Notes: a model not told the origin generated them from the letters alone. DNA of 64,000 bases from Phoronis australis (GCA_002633005.1 NMRA01000255.1:415196-479195); one strand, 5' to 3'; positions 1 to 12,995 are shown, counted from the first letter of the stretch. Numbers and translations are program-made.

Positions 1-2396
1 TTCAACTCAACGTAAGACAAAACTGTCTCTAATGTGATTAAGGATCTGAGACCATGTGGCTGATGTTAATAAAAAGTTGATTTTTTGAGAGAGATTGTGC
101 TTATAGCAGCTTTAATTAACGCTTCATTTTGTGGATTCGGAACTCAAAAAGGGCCCAGTTTCAAACAAAATTCTCCAATGCGTATTTGATAGGTTTTGGG
201 GTTGAAAAGATGCTGATTCAAAGCCGTTTGTAGGATTTAAAACCCTCAAAGGGATTATGTTGAGAAAGTAAACCTGTATACGATTAAAAGCAAAAGGCTT
301 AATGCAATTTTTTTTCTTTGCGGTAAAATGAGGCAAAATACAACTATAAGTTGATTCTTCGAAAACCGTTTTCATTCTTCGAAATTCTCTTTCTCATGGA
401 AGATGATAATCGGAGTTTAGAGGGATAAAGTAAATTGTTATCTACAAGAGGCAGAAGCACAAATGAAGTCCGCAAGTCGTAACAGTATTGGTAAGTACTG
501 CAGTATTTTAAGTAGGGTGAAAACTGCTGATTTTTGTACTTTTTTCTAGTTTTTCAAGTATCCAGCTGCAAAAGTAAAATATGGAAAATTGACTTTGTAA
601 TCAGTTTTAACAAACATTGTGATAGGTTTTTGAAGCCTTTGTGCCATTATACTTGTTTTTATATTTTGTACATCCTGTGGAGCGGACTGTAGCGTACTCG
701 ACCTGGTTTTTCAAGCCCCCAATCAGGAAAAACTGTTGAGTGCAACTTCATGGTATAATGGCGAGGTGTTGCGTTTGTGGTGGTTGTGACAATTTTGTAT
801 TTGACCACGCTGTGTCTCGTTTCACTTTCCCTCGAGACATCGGAGAAGCGAGGATATGGCATCATTTTGTACGAGAAACTCTCGTATTTGGATGGTCATG
901 ACACACTGTAGTCTACTGGCGCTGGGCACGTTAATGCGTCACACTGATCATGTCCACGGAGTTAAAACATTTTCGATTGAAGTCGCTTTTCTTCTGTGTT
1001 CTCGTTTTTTTGATATTGAATGCGATTATAATAAGCAATGCTATTAATTTAAAGGAAGGCTCAATGATGCTGACAATGATGTCACCTGTCAAAACAAGGT
1101 AAAAGGTAGCTTTAAGTACTTTAAAGGGTGTTCAATAATTCCAGTTTTGGCCGAAAAGCGCATTTTGGAGATTGTTTTGAGTGGGATTGACATCTTATTT
1201 GCTTTGACGAGAATTATAACACAGCAAAATTTGATGTGCTTTCACAAAGTTTGTGATTTTGTTACACATCACCGATTCCTCACGATGGGTAGCATTCAAA
1301 CTATCTGTTTTGTTGTTAGGGTCGAAAGCAGTGTGTAGGCGTGGTGGCGATCAGTGCCAACTTGGACAAACTAAGTGTGCGCGTTATTCTCGTAATTAAT
1401 GTCTATGCAACGTTATAACGCGTTTTGTAAGTACCTTTATTATTACCCGTAGTTTGGTGTTTGGTTGAGTACGCATTTAGAATACAATGACGTCACGTCA
1501 GGTAATAAAATTCGCGTTTATTCAGTGACGTGTGCACTTACACTGCGGGATTCTTGCACACACTTCCATACCCGTTAAAACAACACGTCTGAGATCCACT
1601 GAAATCATTGTGATTGTAGTTCTCCATAACTCAAATTCAAAGTCTCATCTTTTTGGGCATCTTCTTGAAATTATTAGGAGGAGATTTACTTTGGGTTACT
1701 TCGTGTACATATAAAAACAGTCTCCACCGATAACCGCTGTCGTCGAAGGTCTTGCAACACGTGCATGTAGCTGACGACTCCTAGACATGTAACCTGTGTA
1801 GCGATTAGAGCACTGGACTGACAATCTAATGGTCTCTCGTTCTATTCCAGACTGCGCCAAGAAAAAGTGCCCATCATCGACTACTATGAGTGTTCCATAC
1901 ACACTTCTAAGAACGCTGTGACCTGAAGATGGCAGGAGAAGTGACCGACCGAAACGTCGTACTCATGAAAATAGGCTCGAGATTGGCGTAAACAGATACA
2001 TAGATTTTAGAAATGATGTCATGCAATGACCTGTTAAGCTAGATATCCAATGTTTGTTAGCACAACTTTCCCTAATGAAACATTCATATTATCCTCAATT
2101 TGAAGAAATTAAGCCCCCTACTAAGTTACAAATTATTTTCTATTTGAGGTCAATGTACGAACATAATAATTATTTGAAATTATGTTCATGAACAATTTAC
2201 TGATAACTGATGTTTTTTGTTTAAGGTACACACGGTTAACAAAATAACGGTTAATTACCTTTCGCCAGCGTCCTCTTACACACGACACAAGTCAACAAAC
2301 ACCGAACGGCGATTTCGAGGTTTTCATTTTGAGCGATAAAGCTCTTTAGCCAACTGAACTCTTTCAAGGCAGCATTCCCCGGGATACGAGATCACT

Positions 2397-2407
2397 TATA
2401 TTTAAAG
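2397..2407 (+). promoter_or_regulatory. Candidate TATA-like element of lectin A
   Basis: tatatttaaag ~65 nt upstream of the ATG. The equivalent site in B reads tatacataaaag (~22224). Confidence 0.4.
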
Positions 2408-2467
2408 GGCCGCACAGCCGTCAAACTGAGTCCTTCTCGACACGAGTTTTGCCACACTGATTCAATC

Positions 2468-2525
2468 ATGTTCTTGCTGAAGTATTTTCTCGGACTGTTT
2501 TCATTCGTATTTGTTTTTTACTGCG
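2468..2525 (+). CDS. Lectin A exon 1, signal peptide
   Basis: ATG, hydrophobic MFLLKYFLGLFSFVFVFYC and donor G|GTAAGT; conserved with 22296-22353. Confidence 0.8.
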
Positions 2526-5500
2526 GTAAGTTTGCGAGACGCTTACTTTTGGAGCTTCTCTCTGGAGTGTTTGGAGTCATGCGACTGTTATTCGCAACTG
2601 AACTTACTGTTTCATTGTAATTGTAACTTATGTGGGTCTCGGTTTTTAAGTTTGATGTCTGCTATTCAGTAGAGAGTAATAGATCTCAAAAAACGCGAGA
2701 CCTCTATAAGTGAGTATTATACATGTTTCAGAATAACCATGTACATGTACAGTAGAAGATGGTATTTATGAACATAAAGATTATTACTATCATCTACATC
2801 CAGTCGTAGAAAGTAAGCAAGCAGATTGATCGTGCTCTTGTACTCTTGAACTAGGCAAAAAGAGAGGAAGTAAAAGTTTGAATTTCTGTGTTGAAACTTC
2901 TAATTCCGAGCAATAATACTTGAGATTTTGGGGAACTGCGGGTTTAATTATAAGCGACACGATGTTTAAGAGTCAGATTGATGAGTTTTGGGACTGCGTT
3001 TTGTGCTGAAAACATGCGTATCACCGGAACAGCAAAACGGGGGTCCGTTTATTACCTAGGTAAAATGTTTTGTTACAGACCAAACGTTTGTAATATTCAG
3101 TCACGAAATTTAGTGCTTTCTTATATCAACGTAGGCTTCTCATGTTATTGTTCCGTATCTGAGCCTGTACAACTAATGCTTCACCAGGATATAATTACTC
3201 CCTCTACCGGTATAACGTACTTGTATTTTCTATGTACTTCGAAAAACAAAGGTTGGGTTTTGATAATTGGATTTTTTGATATAGAGCAAAATTATTTTAG
3301 CTTTCGACTGTTCAAAACATTCGCTAAATGGACCATCGGTTTTTGGGTAAGGCGATTTGTTACTTACGCCAGTGGTGCCCATTCTGTGCAGCGTTCTGTG
3401 TTGTTTTCTGTCAAAATGCCACATTTGCTAGCTCCGTTGGCCTTCTGCTATTCTTTTCAGGTGTTCATGCGGCGAACAAAGAGCACGCTGACTCGCCATT
3501 GACTAAAATCAACGTCTCCAAATCCAAACGCCAGGCCAGTGGTAAAAATTGCACGTAAACTATTACACAGCGTAATTTCGACCAGAATTGATTTGGACAA
3601 CTAGTATTGCACTAATAGCTGCTGTAAATCACGATCTTCCATCAAAAACTAACTTTTGATTTCCACCACTTAACGCTATAAAACTGGTCTCATATATTTG
3701 GTCTTTGCCCAGATGAGCTCCTCGGGTTTTCAAAGAAATGACAGCCTGAGACCATGCTCAGCGCAATAATTGACCAGTCGTAACAAACCAATTATTAAAC
3801 CAGGACTCGAGTAATAACGAACTAATAGGTCTAACCAAGCCCAGTAATCCTTAAAATTTGTGTAGAGAACAAGTTCACACCAGCTCCTTGCTCTACGAGG
3901 AATCAACCAATTTTTAAGGAAAGCAGGTTTAAAGAACTTTTATACTTCCGCTAACAAGTAGTTCCACTATCACAAAATGGTTCTTGTAGTTCGAATTGGT
4001 CTGTTGTTCCTCACATTCGTTGGTTAACTCTTCCAGAACGTTTAGTTATTTAGAAACACCAGCAGCATGATTAACAGACTTTTCAAATTAGTTCCATTTT
4101 TAGGATTGGTGAGGATTTCTATGACCGGTTGCATGAAACATTCCAAAAAGGACTAAACTAAGGTCCCTAAATCTTTTGCGTATTTGTTCGTTCTTTGCTG
4201 ACAGATGCAATACTTTTCTATCAGTTTATCTTTATTATGGGCTCCTCTTTGACATATGGCATTACTAAAAACTGCGCCTTTACAGTGGCAGATTTAGGAT
4301 GTCATAATTAACACTTTGTCTGGTAAACAATCGCGTAAAGCACGACTGTAGAGGTACATAGCGCCGAATAGGGAAGGTCGAAGGGGGTTGTCCCACTCCC
4401 GCTCAGGATAAAAATTTGTTTTTGCTTCTAAAAACAAGCATTTAACTTGATTTCTGAAGAATTATCAAAGAAAAACACTGAGAACATGTGTAAAACTGTA
4501 AAATCTGCATATACTACGGACTTGAACTCAGATAGTGCTCGCACATCCACTCCACCGCCAGACTCCCACTTACGGCGATGTATTGAGACATACCTGTTTA
4601 TGGCCCACAGCGTTTGCGCGCGAACCTGCTTCTTTCCGTATTGCTAATTACATGCGTTATATTTTGTGCAACCAGTTCGTAGCAAAAGTTGTAACTGTGT
4701 TTAAAATAGTCTTCAGTTACCGTTTTTCGAGTTGACATTAACTACGCGATTGCTTTGCAAATCGTCTTAATTAAAATGCTTTACAAAGAGAAAATTATGA
4801 GTTTCTGAATGATTCTCTAAGGCTTCGATTAAAATTTACATCTTACCACCAACTTCTGTTTCTTTATAGTCACTCAGCTTCCGTTTCCTTTGATGAAGTA
4901 CTTTTCTTCATTGGGCAGTGGAGTAAGCGACGGAAACGGAGTGGTAGTGCACGCACATATCGGCCGGGAGGGCTATACTTAGCCATAGTTACGATCGCAC
5001 CGCTGGTCTGAATCAGACACTTGAAATCGGGTCTGAGTCTCCCCACATACAGGCGCACACACAAACTCCACACATTGTTAAATCTTGCTTCAGCCGTGCA
5101 ATGTTAATTACCGGAGTTAATTGATAACTCAATATTTCCTCACCCTCTTCTTGTTTTATTTTTTTGCTGCAACCAAGAGGGAGGGGGCAGGCCCCCTGCC
5201 CTCCCGGAAGTCCGCCTATGCCTTAATTCAGTCAAAATAATTATAGACAAAGTCCTAAAATTGGGATCGTTGCATGAAAAGAACCCTCACTCATTTTCAA
5301 TAATATTGAGAATTTAACGTACAATTCGCCCTTGATTTGCATCCAAGCCAAAACGTGACTCAGTAATCAGACGCAAACAGCATAAGAAAGAACAGTTTCT
5401 TCACAATTCTACAAATACGCTGTAGATTTAGGGAACTTGTCGAGTCCCTTTTTGTACCTATTTTACACGACCGGGTACAGAGCGCTATTACATGTAAAAG

Positions 5501-8500
5501 TTGTGATGCAACCGTGTGTAGTTTAAGTGTCTATAAATCCACGTTTCGTTCAGGAAACGAAGTTTTGATTGAGGTTGCTTTTTCAATGTGCCATAATTCA
5601 ATTTGCTTCTGCTTACGTAGAAGAGAAGTGATATTTGGGTGTGGAAAGAACCGACAGTTCCTTAGTCCTTGAGACCATCCAACCGATGCATTGAATGACA
5701 CGTACTGTTAATTCAACTCATAGAGCCTTAACTCATGCATGGAAAATCCTTTCGAAACCCTACATTTGCCTGTAAACTGAGCGAGAAAAAATTTGAAACC
5801 GGTTTCATAATGTTAAGTAAGACTCAGTGATGGGAGGCGGGATTATTGCCGCTTCAAATAAGCTTAAACGGGATTTACTCCCCTTATTAACAACTCTCAT
5901 TAAACGACTAATCAAGAGCAAAGCAAAATTCTCTACCACTTCTCTTTTATTTACACGCATCCACAGTCCTTCTTCAAACGGTCTGCGAGCATTCAACCTT
6001 ACGCCTACGGTGTTCGCAGCCAAACACAGTCATACGTGTAGCATCTGCAGTTTACGGCAGGCAGAATCGTCGCACGTGCATCCACCCGTCAATGCGCACG
6101 ACTAATTGTGCATCGTCAAGTTCCCTTTCCGTTGTGCGCAACAGATGCGAGGGAAAACAATCTTGTGCCGTTTCTGCGTCAAACAGCGTCTTTGGAGACC
6201 CGTGTGTAGGCACTTTCAAATATCTGACCGTTTCGTACCAATGCGTGCCAAGTAAGTAAGAATTCATTGCTGTTTCCGCATTCCATAACTTATTGACACA
6301 GTATTACAATATAGACGAAAATACCCCGCTCACTTATAGTAAAAACCGAAACTTTGATTCCCATGCGCGCACACAGGGGGGCCCCATTTGGCGAAGTAGG
6401 CAAAAAGGTCCTAGAAAATGAGGCATAAGTCCATTAAACATGCGCAAACGCGGAATTCACAGTGGTGCCCCCGTTTTTTTAGTGCGCCCGCTTTTTTATT
6501 ACCGACAAGTGAGTCTGGTTGGATGCCGAAAAAATATTTTTACAATGTTTACGGTAACATACCCTACAAGTGCCAGGATCACAAATTTTCACTCCCTGAA
6601 GAAATAAGATTGTGTCTAAACTTTTATGGAAAGTCTAACTTTGCAACCATTGCAATGAGCTTTTCAGGGTACATTTCAAAGCTACAATTTATAGGGGTCG
6701 TTTGCCCAATTTTCATCTATCACAAAACCTGTAGGCCTATATGCAAATTTCGGATTGATAGTTGGAGTAACTAATTTATCACATCATCCTGAACTTTTAC
6801 TGACAACTGTACCAAATGGCACAAATGGTCCAATCAATTCATAAAGATGCATAATACTGGATAAATGAGTAACTAAATTCTTCACAGAAAATCTGAGGGA
6901 AACTTATTCCAAAATCTTTGTCTTTATAGTTTAGAACTATTATGCATAATTGTTTCCCTGGTCATTTATATAACCGGTGTTCTAGTTCATTTCAAATGTT
7001 ATGGCACTATTACATACTGCTATTTTTCGAATTTCGGTAAACTGTCGGTTTTTAGAATTAATTTTTGTTAAACCTGTCAGGTTTGCGAAATGATAATTAC
7101 TGATGATTTAACTTTTGCGTCTTGTATAATCAAACACCAAGAACCGATAAAAGCGTTTTCTAGTAATATTACAACCAGGAAGAGATCTACCGGCAATTAT
7201 GCAGAACAGTTTTAAAACGGCGGAGTTGCGAAACGTTTTAGACAGTAAATTCCATAATAACACCGGAACAAACGAAGGCAAACAAATTCCACACATGTGC
7301 GGCGCAACCTCATCGGCGCAAGATCGGAGTTGACATGCCAGGGATAGAGTTCTATGTTTTGAACAATTAGTGAGGAATGGATATTGCTAAGGGATTCTCC
7401 CGCCATTCGCGATCAGTGCTATTCTCTAAGATATTTCTATTCTCGTGTTCATTTACGTGGACTGTTCGTATCTAACTATGGAATTTTTATATTTTGGTTT
7501 TAAAACACATTTGACACATATTCAGTGTATCTAACTATTTTGGAAAATGTGCAGCAATGACGAAAGTCTCGTTGAGTCTCACGTGATTGATGCCGTGAAC
7601 TCTAGCGATCACTCCAAGCAATGTGGAATTGATGTTTCCCACTGGACATCGATGTCTGTTTATGTCCGGAGTTCAGTTTTCAGATTTAGTGCAACTTCTC
7701 AAAACAGAGGGGTGCAGGTGCACAACATAAGATTTTGTTGATATCATGTTTTTGCAGGAGGGAAATCTCGAGTTATGTGTGAACACGCCACTCTGTATCT
7801 TGCGTGCGCTAATCCAGAAGAAGTGTTGTCAATAACCTCGGCAATGTACGGTCGGAAAGACCGCCATACTTGCCCTCACAGGTATATCCGTACTACGAGT
7901 TGTGAGTCATCGCGTTCCTTATCTGTCGTGAGCAAGCTGTGCGATGGAAGACGAGTTTGTCACGTATCTGCGTCGAACAGAGTCTTTGGGGATCCTTGTG
8001 AAGGCACTTACAAATATCTAGCTGTGACATACCAATGTGTGTCAAGTAAGTTAATCCTTGAACATTGCTTCCAGGCTCTCAGAATGTTGCCTACGTTAGT
8101 CATCGAGTACGCTTGTCCTGCTTTCGCCAAAAATTTTGTTAAGAAAATGCGTTAATTGGCTTCTTGAGATGAGATGACCACGACATCTTGATTCATGCCA
8201 CAGTTGCGGGTACATGGAGTTTGCGTTAAGGGAATTCTTAATTGACGTCGTTTGATGGGTGACCACGACATCTTGGTATACGCTATAGTTGCAGATATAT
8301 GTTGAGTCATTTACTTAGAAAACCAGCATAAGGGTGTCGAAATCCCACTTCTCTTATACTCGGTGTCACAATAAGCTATTTAATAGCATGTACATTGAAC
8401 TAATTTGTTAGTTTCGCTAGAGGTCTAAAATAACATATTTACCAATAACTGCGCTTTTATTACGACATGCGTATCTTTTGCATTTACTGAAAGGCTTGCA

Positions 8501-8910
8501 GAGCATTTACATGTAAGCCTACACTTTGAAACAGGGAACTGCATCCGATTGTTAAACGGCTATTATTCCAGTCGTTGCGCCCCTTTAAAACATGCTCTCG
8601 TCCATCCAAGTTCCATTAAATAGCGTGTTTCTTGACTATTTTTTCTCTGGGCGGTTCTATTCATTGCGACACCAATTACAATGTTATCAGTTGGGTAGGC
8701 TCTGACTCTCCGACACGTACTGCTAGTCTGAGGAGTCCATCATCTAATGTATTAAGTACCTTTCTTGTCGTTTTAGGCAGTGCGGGTGCAAAACGCTCTC
8801 TTGAAGAGGAAGGTTTCGTTAGCGTGGACAAACGGCGAGCTAACTCATTTTTGACTGGTAACAAAGAAAAACGAGCCTGGGAGCAGCAGGAGTTAGATTT
8901 CTGGACGTGA
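2468..8910 (+). CDS. Lectin gene A: secreted tandem SUEL/D-galactoside-L-rhamnose-binding lectin precursor, 5 coding exons (2468-2525, 3461-3541, 5967-6251, 7758-8045, 8777-8910), 281 aa
   Basis: All introns are GT-AG and phase 1, and the spliced ORF is open from ATG 2468 to TGA 8910. Product: signal MFLLKYFLGLFSFVFVFYCGVHA, propeptide ..SKSKR, two 8-Cys domains with YGR, DPC and KYL motifs, then a dibasic-site tail. AATAAA lies at 8978. Exon sizes are mirrored in copy B. Confidence 0.88.
3461..3541 (+). CDS. Lectin A exon 2, end of signal plus N-terminal propeptide
   Basis: Acceptor ttcttttcag; GVHAANKEHADSPLTKINVSKSKRQAS; 81 nt as in copy B. Confidence 0.78.
4123..5475. mobile_element. Same MITE family in lectin intron 2, interrupted by a nested element
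   Basis: Left TIR gaccggttgcatgaaaca, right TIR agatttagggaact..cacgaccggg. The left part is also present at ~23982 in unit B. Confidence 0.75.
4283..5220 (+). mobile_element. ~940-bp non-autonomous DNA transposon, CAGTGGC...GCCTATG ends, nested in a MITE
   Basis: The empty MITE site reads gagcccttaattcag (18060). The insertion leaves a CCTTA duplication, best seen using the B left flank at 24152. Confidence 0.75.
5967..6251 (+). CDS. Lectin A exon 3, SUEL domain 1 (absent from the supplied ORF track)
   Basis: Acceptor ccacag; VLLQTVCEHSTLRLRCSQPNTVIRVASAVYGRQNRRTCIHPSMRTTNCASSSSLSVVRNRCEGKQSCAVSASNSVFGDPCVGTFKYLTVSYQCVP; donor GTAAGT. Confidence 0.93.
7758..8045 (+). CDS. Lectin A exon 4, SUEL domain 2
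   Basis: Acceptor tttgcag; ..MCEHATLYLAC..AMYGR..FGDPCEGTYKYLAVTYQCVS; donor GTAAGT. Confidence 0.95.
8777..8910 (+). CDS. Lectin A exon 5, C-terminal tail with dibasic sites
   Basis: Acceptor ttttag; SSAGAKRSLEEEGFVSVDKRRANSFLTGNKEKRAWEQQELDFWT*; AATAAA 68 nt downstream. Confidence 0.78.
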
Positions 8911-8977
8911 ATTGTTGGTCATCGTCTGTGGTCGACAATCAGTGAATCTGGAACCCAATGAGTTTTAATGCATTTCA

Positions 8978-8983
8978 AATAAA
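8978..8983 (+). terminator. Polyadenylation signal of lectin A (B equivalent 30239-30244)
   Basis: AATAAA conserved in both copies just downstream of the stop codon. Confidence 0.6.
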
Positions 8984-11346
8984 AGGCAAGATATAATGGA
9001 TGAATTTCTGATCAATCCCGCACTACTATCCGAGCACCGTGGAAGTACATGTCACACTTACAACTCAAGTTTGTTGGAAGTTAAGCTTCAAGTAATACCG
9101 AAAAAGAGCCACATGGCGGCTATTTCGAAAACAAGACTCGAAAAAGTCCCCACGACGGACTCTATTGGCATTGTTTTGTATTCCTGGCAGAAATATAGAA
9201 AAACGTGGAAAAGATTTAATTATTTTAATTTTGGACCCTTAAAAGGACGTTAGAATTTCAAATTTGTCTTTTTTCAGCTGACGTTGAACTTAAATTGTCG
9301 ACAGAGAACACTTGCTCTTTATTCAAATATTATTTGATACTCTTGGCTTAATGAGGGCGCTACATCGGCTATGCAGTTTCCGAAAGAACCCGCTACATTT
9401 TTTTTCCGAAAAAAACAATGGTAGCTAATTTACTTCCTAAGGAGGCACTGTACACAGGGATTTGCTCAACATTGCGCTCGTCACTTTACACAGGGTTTTG
9501 CCAGCAGTGCACACGTCACTGTACGTTCTGCCATTCTTCCGCTTAATGTTTAGAATTCTACGAACAAAACCGCTACACCTGACCACAGAATCGTTATATT
9601 GTCTCACACAAGACATATTATAGTCCTGTTCTCTACCATACAAAAGGAAACTACCGAGGCTTCCAAAAATGTGCTAATATCGTAAAAGTGACGATTTTAA
9701 TTCCTTGGCAATGTTAGACAAAAACCTAGCACTAGATTCTGAAAACAATATTTCCTACATATTTCAAAAATGTAGTCCAAAAGTGCTCCCATCTCGAACT
9801 AAATTTTTTACAACTCTAGGCTGTTTGAGGGCTACCTGAAACTGGAGTTGAAAACTCAGTCGCTACGAAGAAATGCTTTCAGGCCGCCATAACAACAGTG
9901 CAAAATCTACCTCAAAAATGCCACCAAACCTGGGCTACCCAATTGTTTAATGGGAAATGGCCACGGCTACAGACAACGGTGCCATCTAACCCACATTAGC
10001 GAGTATTATCTTACGACTATCTTATTACAGTTATCCCCACACAGTTACCACATGAGGGTATTTACAGACGAAAAAAAAGAACACCTAGGAGTGTGTTATT
10101 TATTATCTGACAATGCCACAGGAACATTAACGCTTTGGTATCTGGGCATTTCCAGTGCTTCCCTTGCTCATGAATTTCTCAGATAATGGAGATTTTCGAG
10201 GGGTTTTCATGGACTGGAATATCCTACTGAACCGCCACAGTGATTGTCAGTTGTCCATGGCAAACTTGATTTTGTACGGATGGCAAATGTATGATACAAA
10301 ATTCACCATGTAGAGTTACACCGTGGTCATTTGAGTGAAAATGCCGATTCATAATCATGTTTTACGCCTTGCATTTTTTTGAGTTGCTCAAATGTTGTGG
10401 GTGAATTTTTCAGTCGACTCCCCTTTAAGGAATGTCCTTGTGGTCACATATTTTAACGTTCTTCGTAAAATTCACCTAAAGTGACATCTTCCGAACACAT
10501 GTTGATGCCTCATTCCCTATTAACTTTCAATCAAAATTTTCAATTCTTTCAGTCTCGATTTTAGACGTCGGTTCTTTGCTGAAGTTATTTTTGAGCGTCG
10601 TCCATTTTCACCACATGTTGTGCGGCAGTTGTTGCAGAGCTGACTCTTGCACGTGACGGTCTCGCCAGTTGGTGACTACCTGAGGCTCTCTTTGTAAGCC
10701 AAACGTTTTCCAAAGAGCCCCGGCCCTGGGAGCTCTTTCATGAATGTTCTGCAAGATAGAAGCGCACCTCTGATCAGAATTTGTTTCGTACTCATACGCT
10801 ATTTTCACTATCATTGAGCCAACACAGTTACCACACACTATGCAGTCAGTCATCATGTTTGCTAACTAGAAGTGAATTCCAGAGAAGATGCTGCTCTTTT
10901 GCTGAACCCTTTGCGTCACTTTATCTATCGTTGTATCAATAGTTAATAAGGGCTAGAAACAGGATCATAACGGAGAAATATGTCGACAAGATAAACAATG
11001 GTTTGTGTGTTCAGTAAACGATACCACCAACAATAATGACTTTCCTCTTTGAAGAAAGAATTATATGTTGTTCGTCCATTGGCGAACTGGAAAACATAAG
11101 TCACTGTAAAACTAGCAGAAGAGACCTTCATTTTCTATAGGTCAGTGTCCCATTTGTAGCCTCGTCTAAGCTACGACCGGGGTTACGACCTTTGATGACA
11201 CTAACCCAACAACATTTTTAAATTAAGCGTTCGTAAGGACCTTAAGTGAAACAGCCGCCTTCTGTGTTCGTTTCCGATCAGTGCAGACTGACTCACTTTT
11301 TTTTACAGAAATAGAGCTCTTCAAACGTGAACGTGTGAGACACCAG

Positions 11347-12702
11347 TGGCTGGTTGCATGAAACAGTCCCAAATAGGGACTCAACTAAGTTCCCTAAATC
11401 TACTGCGTATTTTTGGACTTGTGAAAACATAGATTGTCCTTTATTGCATTGTTTTAGTTTCATTAATAAGCCTCAACGCCAGAAATTTGTAACATGCACT
11501 ACTGCGCATGCGCTAAATCTTGCCAGCAGCCCTCCATAAGAAATACACAAGAGCAGGCAAAAATCAGGAATTTATAAGCAAGGGGAGATAACTACACAAT
11601 TTGCCGATAGCCTGTCACATAGAGTGTATGTTAAGACATGTTACCGCCAAATTTCAGCGCCAGTGGTGAAAAATTTTCCACGTCTCTTGAAGTTTGAAGG
11701 TTACCCCGTTCAGGCCTATGTTAACGATCGTCCGGAAGCCACTATTTGAGCGCATAGCTCATTTTGAAGTCAAGTTTGTGGCTGAATTCATTTTGCCATC
11801 GGATTTGCCGATAGCCTAGGTGACTACCAGGAGTACTCAGAGGTTGCTGATCCAAATTTCATGTTGTTTCTCGAAAATTTTTCCACGTCTCTTGTGTTCA
11901 GAAAATGGATCGGCGTACAGTGCTGTCAGTGAGATGAAATGTTGCCGATCGCCTGGCTGTCGACTCTTTGCAATGGAATTTGCACTCTGTAGATGAGAGA
12001 TTAGCGTAGAATCGGTAAGAAACTGATTTGTTCATTTTCTCATCCGGTATGAGTTCAGAAATACTTTCGAAGTCGGATTTTGTACAGTCATTATGCAAGT
12101 TTCGCCTGTGAGTAGGCCTATATAGTTGATATACTAGTAATCTTCAAAATGTTATTTCGTTTTTTGTGATCCACGGTACGTTGTCCTTCGTCTTAATTCA
12201 GTAACTGTTACATGCAGTGGATTCCGGACACAAATATGTATTGACAAACATCAGAAAATTAATAAAAAGCGCTTTTTGGCAACCCGTTTAAGCCAATTGC
12301 AAGCAGACGCGGCTGGCTGGCTGGCGTTCAGTTCACATTTGTTGTGGTTATGTGTGTCTGTGACCCCAATCACCCAGCTAGCACTGTCATATGTAGACCC
12401 AGACATTCCAAATGCTGTTATTGTCAACTTGATAAATATTGCTCTGCAGAGCATACTGACTTCGGCTCCGGTAATAGTGCCCAAGCTTCATGACCTTTAA
12501 CCTTACTATGCGTTGTTATGATTGGTTAGGGACATGGCGCTAAGCGTCACCTAGCGGATCAAGAATGTTACAAATTTCTGGCTGGTTGCATGAAACAGTC
12601 CCAAATAGGGACTCAACTAAGTTCCCTAAATCTACTGCGTATTTTTGGACTTGTGAAAACATAGATTGTCCTTTATTGCATTGTTTTAGTTTCATTAATA
12701 AG
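11347..12702. repeat. 1.1-kb insert bounded by 124-bp direct repeats (11347-11470, 12579-12702)
   Basis: The two flanks read identical by eye; unit B has a single copy at ~33072. Confidence 0.85.
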
Positions 12703-12995
12703 TCAACATTTGACTTTGAAGCAAATCGAGAGTGATCTCTACATTGAATTTTCAATATTTTCGAAAGTAATTAGGGACCTTTTCAAGCAACACCCCCAAT
12801 TTCAGGAGTCCCTATATATTTTCAATGAACTCTGGTCCCAGTTTTTAGTTATATTATTAGAAATGTCATTAATCAAAGAGGAGCTCGTAATAAAGATGAA
12901 AATGTTGCATCTGTTAGTCCATAAACACACAAATACACAAAAAGATTTAGGGACCTAAGTTGAGTCCCTATTTGGGACTGTTTCGTGCAACCGGC
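12580..12995. mobile_element. ~415-bp MITE with ~54-bp TIRs (GGCCGGTTGCA..CCCTAAATCT family)
   Basis: Left end ggctggttgcatgaaacagtcccaaatagggactcaact; right end agttgagtccctatttgggactgtttcgtgcaaccggcc. Confidence 0.85.

Noticed and set aside
2978-3502. 174-aa ORF
   Set aside because: Lies in lectin intron 1; the paralogous frame in B stops at 23077 and no domain is recognisable.
6418-7406. Similar short ORFs recurring at 25311-26221 and 27760-28713
   Set aside because: The recurrence reflects duplicated intron DNA; starts, stops and frames differ between copies.
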